Assembly: GCA_030141605.1 (NCBI GenBank)
Contig: JAQGDQ010000212.1
Location: forward strand, 186,001 to 250,000
Direction of reading: 5' to 3'
Source of the DNA: Tubiluchus corallicola
Taxonomy: Eukaryota; Animalia; Priapulida
Length of the DNA stretch: 64,000 nt
Part shown: positions 54,440 to 64,000 of the stretch, piece by piece
Layout: each line of letters opens with the position of its first letter
Numbering within the stretch: position 1 is the stretch's first letter
The notes under the pieces: generated by a model
What the model was told of the DNA's origin: nothing
What the model saw: only the letters and a program-made list of their open reading frames with translations
Database searches by the model: none
Made by a program: the position numbers and the translations under genes

Positions 54440-54970
54440 TGATCTGAATTAAAGAAAGAGAAATGGGAATTTTAACGTATGTTCCATAGAATTTTCCATA
54501 CAAAGTTATGTTATTTACCATTATCTTTAGCTGTTTGAAAGAGTTATGTAACTGGAAAAAGAAATATAAAATAATAATATAAAATAATAGTAACAATATT
54601 ATAATATAGCCTAATAATATAAAATGTTGGTACCAACTGACTCACCTTTCCTGTGTGCAACATTATCTCACCAAAGAAGACATTATTGATCTTATATACA
54701 ATATGAAGTAATTTAAACGTTTGTTCAGTTAATAAAGTGTGTGCCGCGAATGTTCTGATTATTTTTTCAAACTTTACGCAATGTTATCCAAGCTTGTTTC
54801 AAATGACTTTGTTAAAATGGCGGTCATCGCGGGAATTTAAATTACACGTTTTATGCACTTTTACTGTTTACGCAAGCCATGTATGAAATAAGACAACATG
54901 TAAGTGATGTAAATTTTCGATACGAATTTCTGATGACGAGTACGGGTGGTGTTTTCTTGTCCTTTAAATC
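54440..54970. mobile_element. Partial copy of foldback element family C
   Basis: Shares ATACAAAGTTAT...CTGATTATTTTTTCAA...TTGTTTCAAA...AAAATGGC blocks with 56640-57560. Confidence 0.6.
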
Positions 54971-55382
54971 ATCCAGGAAACGTTTTTCCTGCAACATACG
55001 CAATGTTGTTGCAAAGTAGAAAATAAAAAGAAAACATTCCGCTCCATCACCAATGGATTATCTTAAGATATTTGAGCATAGAATACAAAGCACAGAGAAG
55101 ATTGCACAAGAACAAAGCAACACAAATACCTGTCCTCAGACGTAAACTTATGCTTAATCCAGTCGTTCTTAATTTAAATTCTGGGTTTTTCTAATGTCTT
55201 GAAGTTTCCCTCATATCAAACTGAGACAGTCCAATAATTGAATGAGGTTTTAATCTTATTTGTCCAACTTTAAAAGTTGGATAAGTAATCAGATTTAACG
55301 AAACAACTGCAGCAAACACATTTTACTCTTCAGCTAAGCAAACGTACCAACTCTGGCTCTAAATGCTTTTCGATTTAAACAG

Positions 55383-55420
55383 ATAAGGTCCCAGCATAGA
55401 ACCCTGTGGCACACCGAAAA
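55383..55420 (-). mobile_element. Relic of a non-LTR reverse transcriptase (GVPQGSMLGP motif)
   Basis: Minus strand GGTGTGCCACAGGGTTCTATGCTGGGACCT encodes GVPQGSMLGP. Confidence 0.5.
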
Positions 55421-56254
55421 CACTTCCCCCTTGACAAACATAAGTGGCCTCGTTTGTGCAATTGGCGAGCACACGCTATGGCTTCAGGTCAGTTAAGCTT
55501 GAAAGTAAAGGAAGCCATTTTACTGATAATGGACTTGAGGAATGTTAGCAGACACGGTTGGGCCGTCCAAGGGCAAAGCACTTTATTAAGCCAGGATAGA
55601 TTATATCGTCAGAAAAGCGTTAGGAGTTAGTCAAAGGCAAGAAGAACTTGCTTCTGTTCATCAGGAATTCATGACTGACGCCCGTCAACTGAACTTGCTT
55701 CTGTTCGACAGGAATTCATGATTGACTTCCGTCAACTTTGTCCGCAAGCTGCCCGAATCCGTTTATTGCTGGATTGATTGAATTGTAAGTTTGACATAAT
55801 CGAAATCTGTAAAATGAGTTACAAGCGCAAAGCGACTAATGAATTCCATTTCTCAGAAAATAAAGTAAATCAAGTTAGTTAATTCAAGCAGAAACCACTT
55901 TTCCTGGTTTTTCGTTTGTCTTTTCTCTATAATAGAATTTTGTCCTTTTGTTTAACCTTGGAAACACTGACATTCAAACAAAGTTTCGCTTTATAATTTG
56001 AGAATTGCCAATATGAAATCAAATGACATTTCCAAAAGAGTTTAACTGCAGTGAGGTTCGAACTTCATCTCAATTATAATGCACGCAAGACTGATTTCTT
56101 CAATCAATAAATTTGCCTTGTGGGCTCCCAGACTTCCCTAAAAAGGAAAACAATTTCGAAGAACGTAGGATAATTTATAATAGCAGGAAATTGAAAAATG
56201 CTTCTGCTGGAATTATTTACAATGGGTCTGACTTTCAGCAGCGCCATGATGAGC

Positions 56255-56612
56255 TTAGGGAAGTTTTATCCGCTGAATGGTCACAGTGCTTCCAAGGGTT
56301 CTAGGTTCGAATCGCATTTATCTCGCCACTTTTGTTTCACTCGAACAGGACTTTCTGGTTGCTTTTCCGTGCCCCCTTAGCGTTAACTGAGTGTTAAGCA
56401 ATGATGTACTGAGGAAGGAAAGAGGGCCAACTGATGGGGTAACCCTTAGTGAGGTTAAAGATGGTGGGCTGAGGCTTCAATTGGATGTCGTAACCATCTA
56501 TCAACATACTCCATCTGAGGCATGGGACATTATACATCTTCTTCTTCCTCCTCTTCTTCTTCTTTTTAATCTTTTTTCTTCTTCTCCCTCTTCTGCCTTT
56601 CTTCTTCTTCTG
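56255..56612 (+). mobile_element. Degenerate tRNA-derived SINE with (CTT)n tail
   Basis: A-box-like CGCTGAATGG, B-box GGTTCGAATC, simple-repeat tail. Confidence 0.4.
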
Positions 56613-56639
56613 TGAGCATATCATGGCTAGAGAAATTTC

Positions 56640-57560
56640 GATTAAAGAGGGAGAAAAGACAATTTTAATGTATATTCCAAAGAACTTTCTATACAAAGTT
56701 ATATTACTGTGCGCGCCCCTTGGTAAAACGTCACTGTATCACCATCCCAGTGTTCACCATTGTTCACCAAAAAGCGTATTATCGATTTTACTGGCAATAT
56801 AAATTAACTTATCTTTTTGCTTAGGTAGTGAAGAGTGTGCTACGAATGATCTGGTTATTTTTTCAAGCTTTACACACTGTTACCTAAACTTGTTTCAAAC
56901 GACCTACCATTAAAATGGCTGCGCCTAACGGTCATACGGAGAGTTTAAATTTAGAACTTTTAAACGGCGTTACTGCCGATACAAGTTCTCTATGCAATAA
57001 CACAGCAAGTGATATGAAATTCCAAGACGTATTTTAATAGCACAAGAAAACCACCTATTTACACAAAGCTTAAAAAATTCGTCTTGAAATTTCATACCAC
57101 TTTCGTACTACCTTTTTACATTCAGGACTTCAATCGGCAGTAACGCTGATAACATGTCAGCATGTAATAAAACATTTAATTTAAACTCCCGCGATGACCG
57201 TTAGACGCAGTCATTTTGACCACAGGTCATTTGATAGGAGTTTAGATAACATTGCGTAAACTTTGAAAAAATAATCAGAGCATTCTAGCGCACATGTCAC
57301 TGTCACTAACTGTGGAAAATTTTAAATTACTGTATCTTATCGGTAAGATTAAAAGTACGTTTTTTTAGTAAGTCGTGCACTCTAGATGGTGAGTCAACGA
57401 GATTTTACCAATTGGTGAAAACATTTTAAATAACTAATAATTTTTTTTCTAGTTACAGAAGTCTTTCAAGCAGGTAAGTGAAATGTTAAGTAATATAACT
57501 TTGCACGGAAAGTATTTTAGGACATATTACAACATTTCCTTTTCTTCCTCTGATTTACGT
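56640..57560. mobile_element. Foldback (long imperfect TIR) DNA element, family C
   Basis: CAAAGTTATATTAC (about 56695) vs GTAATATAACTTTG (about 57490); TGGTTATTTTTTCAAGCTTTAC vs GTAAACTTTGAAAAAATAATCAG. Confidence 0.7.
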
Positions 57561-58039
57561 TGTGCGTAGGTGATGGCGCCGTCGGAACAGTATTGCGAGA
57601 GATTTAAAATGAAGACAAACAAAAAATCCTTTCAACGTGAGTACGATATACGCATAAAATTGCTACAAAGTAATTCAATTTTTTTGAAACCTACTTCAGG
57701 TACATCTTTTCTCGTCCTTTAAGCTTTATTTATGAAGAGTGTTTTCTTGCGCTTTAAACGACTTTTTATATTAAAACCTGCAGAACGTTTCGATCGACCA
57801 GTTCTTAATATTTAAACATGCGCGCGCATAAACGAATGCTCAAAATCTGGTTAAGCAACTCGGTTTTTGGGCGTCTTTATGCGCATAATTGTCTCAGCGT
57901 GGGCTGAAAGAAGCTCGTTGAGAATTAGGGAGGTTAATCTCCGGGAGCTGAAAAGAGAAGCCCAGATAAATTGAGGAATTTCTCGTGTTTGGCGGAATCA
58001 CCTTGCAAAAGTCGTGATTATGGTGGTTTGTTAGCCTAG

Positions 58040-58290
58040 AAGACTGTTTGTCTGCCTGCTCGATAGTTAATTGTGTATACTTGAGTGAGTGAATTTAGTT
58101 GCTTGATAGCATGTCAAGTTTTGTAGCTTGAATGACTGTTTGTCTGCCTGCGCGATAGCTAGTTGTGTATACTTGAGTGAGTGAATTTGTTTGCTTGATA
58201 GCATGTCAAGTTTGGTAGCTTGAATGCCTGTTTTTCTCCTTGCTCGATAGCTAGTTGTGTATGGCTGAGTTAGTGAACTTTGTTACTGGC
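58040..58290. repeat. 91-bp tandem repeat, about 2.5 copies
   Basis: GACTGTTTGTCTGCCTGC...GTATACTTGAGTGAGTGAATTT repeated. Confidence 0.8.
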
Positions 58291-58549
58291 TTGCATGAGA
58301 AGTTTGTTTATTTATTTATTTGGTTTGAATATTAATTCTGTTCGCTTACTAACTATAATTTTTCATTGCTAACTAACTTTTTTCGGACATTTTGCACATT
58401 TTTCGCTATCTGTATGCCTGCTGATTGCAACATTTAACGATAACAAAATACATAGTTGAATAGTTATAGGTGGCGCTGCTGGATTTTAACAATAACAAAA
58501 TTCATAGTTGAATAGTTACAGGTGGCGCTGCTGGATTGTGTACTATGAC

Positions 58550-58760
58550 GGCGCGTTCAGAATGGCAGGTTTTCTGTCTCGAGTTTTCTCTCTGACAGCA
58601 AACTCACAAGTGTGAGCTGATTCGCGAGTTACTGTCTAGTGTGAACGCCTCTCCGAGTTACTCTTGACTCCTATCTACAGTGAATAGAGAAGGGAGTGTC
58701 AGTTCGCATCAAGTTTTTGCTCTCCCCTCTGAGTTGCTTTCTAACTGTCTTGAACCGAAA
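58550..58760 (-). mobile_element. Relative of the 24270-24554 MITE
   Basis: TCTCTCTGACAGCAAACTC...CTAGTGTGAACGCCTC is the reverse complement of 24400-24535. Confidence 0.65.
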
Positions 58761-58944
58761 AATATCTCAGTCATTCATAGTATACATCCATCCAGCCATA
58801 AATAAAACCTCTAGAGCTGTGTTGCTCACCCATTCAAATGCTGACCATCCTTGGTGTCGCTTGACTTCAGGAACTAAATTAAGCATACCATAACGCTGGT
58901 TATCAGGCAATTGTTGTTTTTTTCTAATTTCGTTAGAAAATTGA

Positions 58945-59383
58945 AGGAAAACAGGATGATTTTTCATATACAACCCCATTTTGGAGTACAAAAAAGAACA
59001 CGTTTTGATACAATTAATACTGCAAAAGCTTTCTGATGCCAAACAAAGCTTTATGATGACATCACAAACTAGCATAACTCTCAACAGCAAAAATATTCCA
59101 TCGGTGCTTGCAAAAGCGAAAATTGTGTGTAGTTCGTTACAAACTAACACATCTGACTTGAGAGGTAGAGCACCCGTTATTTGTGCAACGCGTTTGCGAA
59201 ATGTAGACGCTAATGCCCATCTAACTAGCAAATGGCGAAAAGCATGTAACAGCGAATGTGAAATTGTGTTCGTGTGGTAATAATTCTTTCACGTAATACA
59301 TTTTTGAGAAATGGTATGTTTCCTTTCAATATTTTAGGGTAGATTTGCTGGAGTTATAGTTTAAGATTGGGTCCAGTTTTTCA
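58945..59383 (-). mobile_element. Family A DNA transposon copy
   Basis: Near-identical reverse complement of 61579-62022. Confidence 0.8.
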
Positions 59384-59904
59384 TTTACTTAATTTAGTAC
59401 GAGGCATGAGTGTGGTACCCCGTGAGAGAGGCTGATGATGATAATTACTGTCTGCTAAACTAGGATAATCAAAGGCTTACAGTAGCTGCGCCTGGGTGTT
59501 TAAATATTTATAAAAATCGTACTGCTTCGCTCCTAAATTAGATTACTATACTCAAAGCAAATGTAATTAAGCCTTTTCACAGTTTTGCTGTGCTCACGCG
59601 CAGTTACTGTAGGTCAAAGGTTAAGTGTACATAAGGTTAGCTGGTTGGTCAGTTTCAATTAGATAGTTGATTGATTAGTTGTTTGGTTTGTTGGTGTGTC
59701 GGTCAGTTTATCAGTCGGTTGGTTGAGGTTGGTTCTTTGCTAGCTGAATAGCTGATTGGTTCTTTGGTTGAGCGGTTGATTGGTTAGATAGTTAACTGGT
59801 TAGATACCTGTTATCAGTTGTTTGGATGGTGTTGATGGACTGGCGGTTGACTTGTTAGTTCGTTGGTAATTTGCTGGCTAAAATACTGGTTTGTTTTTGG
59901 TTTG

Positions 59905-60555
<651 letters not shown>

Positions 60556-61578
60556 ACATGCAGACGAAATTGCTCAAAACAGTTTTCTATTTTCTGTTAT
60601 TAGTGTGAAACTCAAAACTCAATATTATTTTCCTTCCTTGGATTTCAATGAATGTAAACCAGCAACACGCCGTGCCACCATGTCACTTGCAGGAAACTTG
60701 TTAACTGTTAAATTAATAAATCATTTCAGTCCAATAATTCCATCGTCAAAGCCGATTCGCTGCGTTATCTGTAACGAAAGATGCGGCAGCTGCTGCTGCT
60801 CTCGCACTGTTGCTGATGAGAGGAGTGGGATGAGGATGAAATGATACTAAAAATCGACACAGTAGGTGCGATGATGACTGATGAGATACCCGAAGCTTTA
60901 TCACTGTCAAAACAAGAAGCTTGGTAGAATTTTTACATTATTGTAAAGATTAGAAGTTTATAATTACTAACGTAGTTATCCTACTTACGTATATATAAAT
61001 ATATATATAACGTATATACATACATATAAACAATTACTATAATTGTGCAGTTGCTGTAGGTCAAAGGTTATGTGTACCATAGCAACGCATCTTAACTACA
61101 ACCGCCACGTGACGTGTGTGTAAGGCAAAGCCGTCTACCGCAACAGTTCAGGAACTTTTCGTGGAGTTTACGTAATTATGCATTAGTTTATCTCTCTTTC
61201 TCTCACTCTCTCTCTCTCTCTCTCTCTCTCTCGCTTTCGCTCTCGTTTCTTCCTTTTTCTTGTTCTCCCGTTTACTTCTTTTTTCTCCTTTTTCCTTTCT
61301 TTTCTTTCTTCTACTCTAACTGTCTCTCTCTCCCTCTCTCTTGTTGTCTTTCTTTCTCCAATTCTCCCCTTGTTTCTCTCTTCTTCTCTCACCCTGTTTT
61401 ATTTTTTCCCCTTTTGTTTCTTCTACTTTCTCTCTCCCTCTCCCTCCATCTCTCTCTCGTTCTCTCACTCTCCCTGCATTAACATGGCAGCTCAATATCC
61501 ATTAATTAATCACTATGATAGGTCAGCTTACATCTACAAACTAGACTTACCTTAATAGTGAAGCATCTAAGAATTTAA

Positions 61579-62022
61579 AGCAAAAACGGGAGCCAATCTT
61601 AAATGTAGATCAAAACAATCTACACTTTAAAATACTGAAAGGAAACACTACTTTTTCAAAATTGACTTACGTGAAAGAATTATTACCACACAAACACAAT
61701 TTCACATTCGCGCCACTAGTTCTTCGCTGTTACATGCTTTTCGCCATTCGCTAGTTAGATGGGCATTAGCGTCTGCATTTCGCAAACGCGTTGCACAAAT
61801 AACGGGTGCTCTACCTATCAAGTCAGATGTGTTAGTTTGTGACAAACTACACACAATTTTCGCTTTTGCAAACACCGATGGAATATTTTTGCTGTTGAGA
61901 GTTATGCTAGTTTGTGATGTCATCAATTGTTTGGCATCAGAAAGCTTTTGCAGTATTAATTGTATCAAAACTTGTTTGTACTCCAAAATGGGGTTGTATA
62001 TGAAAAATCATCCTGTTTTCCT
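61579..62022 (+). mobile_element. Family A DNA transposon copy
   Basis: TTAA|AGCAAAAACGGGA ... TCCTGTTTTCCT; homologous to 2386-2988. Confidence 0.8.
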
Positions 62023-62097
62023 TCAATTTTCTAACGAAATTAAAAAACAACAACAATGGTGTGATAACCAGCGTTGTGGTATGTTTATGTTAGCTAA

Positions 62098-62150
62098 CTA
62101 AGTTAAGCAACACCAGGGACGGTCAGCATTTGAATGGGTGAGCAACACAG
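62098..62150 (+). pseudogene. 5S rRNA-derived fragment (internal control region); related copies at 58817-58870 (-) and about 7450-7505 (+)
   Basis: AAGTTAAGCAACACCAGGGACGGTCAGCATTTGAATGGGTGA aligns by eye with 5S box A-IE-box C (AAGYTAAGCA...GGTTAGTACTTGGATGGGWGA). Confidence 0.5.
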
Positions 62151-63399
62151 ATTTTTATAATACACTCTTTTACTTTTTTAATATACTTACAGCTATTTTA
62201 TACGCAAGCAAGTTTAAATATCTTTCCATGTAAAAGTCATTTTAAGATATAACACGAGTTTCACTGCATCTTGCCCTAACAAGCTTGAACAAACGGTTCA
62301 CCTTAATGATTAATACGCTATCAAGCCGAGAATCTCTGAAGTTTTTTTTTCTAATTTCCTCTCCTTCAACCAAGAAGTTCCAAAGTGACAAAAAACGGAG
62401 ACAAATTTAACAAGTAACTCCTCTGTCTTCTATTATTCATGAAAACTGCTTTTTGTGAGGCGAGTTTACTCTCTTCCCCGGGCTGTAATCAATGTTTGTC
62501 TTGGCAATGTTTGACCACGTTTGCCAATAGGTGACGCCACATAAAACTGGTCTGGTTATAGTTGTACTCATTAACTAACAACATTATTATTTTATAGGTG
62601 CTAGGCATCAGTGCCTGTTGTTAAGATAAAAAAAATAAGAAATAGGCCCCAATGGCTTTTTGAACAGATAAGTTTCAAGCTTCAATGCCAAATAGACTTC
62701 TATTATTTGATGACAGACATTAAACCAAGAAGGCAAGTTATTTTACTTTAAAGGAAAAGCCAAGCCTTCTTGTTTGGCTTATTTCAATGTTCGCGAAAAG
62801 CTTTCAAGGGATTTAGTAATAAAAGTGTGATAAGCGCGTGCTGTAACTAGTAAAACAATTTTAAAGTCGCGAGCATTTCACGCTTGGGTGCTCCCATTTT
62901 GAACGCCCATTCTTCCACCAATAGCGTCATTCGCCGGTATATAAGTGGTGCCTTTGTCTTTGTCTTTTCTCTTTTCTTTTAGCCTAATAAACAAATCTTT
63001 TGTCCTGCTAACTTTATCCGCCCACATCTTACATAAAACACGAATTTACTCCAACTACTTTTACTCCAATAACATAAAAACCAATAAGGCCACAACCTAG
63101 TAACTCTCACAGCCAAACAGTAATGATATGGTAACATCACTCTTTCAAATTTCATATTCAACTCGCATTTCAACTCGCGCATAATTATTGTAGTCTAAAC
63201 TTCCGCATATTTTTTCTGTGCCACCCCGTATTTTTTCGGGGAAGATCAATAAGAACTGGTTTATGGCAATTAAAAATGACACAATTGTAATTCAGCAAGA
63301 TTTGTAATCTGTTAAGTGCGTTTGTTAACACAATAACTTACGGAGATGTGATATTTATTTGTATTTCATATTTTATATTTGTATTTTATTTACTAGTGT

Positions 63400-63950
63400 C
63401 AAATTACATACAATACAAAAAAACAAGACCGTATAATACAATTTTAATTTTGAAATGTAGTGACAATACAAACAAGCAAACAATTACTGATAAAATAAAT
63501 ATTATTAAATCTTTTTGTTAGTTATTTTAGTTATTTGATTGAAGAGTTTGGTGATTAGCATTTAAAATAGATTGCCACTCATATGGTCTCATTTTCAGCG
63601 ACACGATTGTATATTCTTCATCATGTTTTAAAAACGTTTATTCAATATGACCAATAAACACCTTAATTACTTCTAAATCATTACTTCCCATCAAGAATAA
63701 AAATGCATCGCCATCGTTCATAGGGAAAAACTCTGGTATAATTATTCTGGTACAATAATTATAATAATTATATTGATGTGATTATATAATTTTCCTCTTA
63801 GGTCATTGTAATATGGGCATTTTATAACAAAGTGTGATTCGTCTTCGATTTCATTTCTTAAACAAAATGTACAATACACGATTCTCAGCTGGGATTTTTG
63901 TAGGTTTAACGTACCTCCCTCTTTCAATACACAAAGTATGAGAGCTGATT
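63400..63950 (-). mobile_element. 3' fragment of a non-LTR retrotransposon (CCHC zinc knuckle)
   Basis: ORF 63742..63927 CTFC...EDESHFVIKC; second copy at 39560-40630. Confidence 0.7.
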
Positions 63951-64000
63951 CTCAGTTTTGTAAATTTTGTTATAGCATATTTGGAATAACCAGAAAGTAA

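Noticed and set aside
54640-54700. Alternative first exon ending at a strong minus-strand GTGAG donor
   Set aside because: Lies within a dispersed repeat copy and encodes no signal peptide

Overview
AT-rich, repeat-dense invertebrate (metazoan) genomic DNA with one small assembly gap (22173-22199). The main gene is an alpha7-type nicotinic acetylcholine receptor alpha subunit on the minus strand, reconstructed by hand from GT-AG exons between 25473 and 10156, with a probable signal-peptide exon at 47082-47007 (about 491 aa in total). It has two tandem, duplicated 45-nt versions of the loop-D exon (3a and 3b). A 22/24-nt complementary pair lies in the intron between them, and a long AG-free zone precedes 3b, which together suggest RNA-structure-guided mutually exclusive splicing. 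The 3' end and donor site of the TM2 exon are triplicated in frame. An intronless stomatin/MEC-2-like gene (30091-31014, +) lies antisense inside the probable first intron and is flanked by MITEs. The last four exons of an unidentified plus-strand gene occupy 259-3931. The remainder is minisatellites, microsatellites, MITEs, SINE/LINE fragments and a probable solo LTR. Everything was read by eye; no database search was run.
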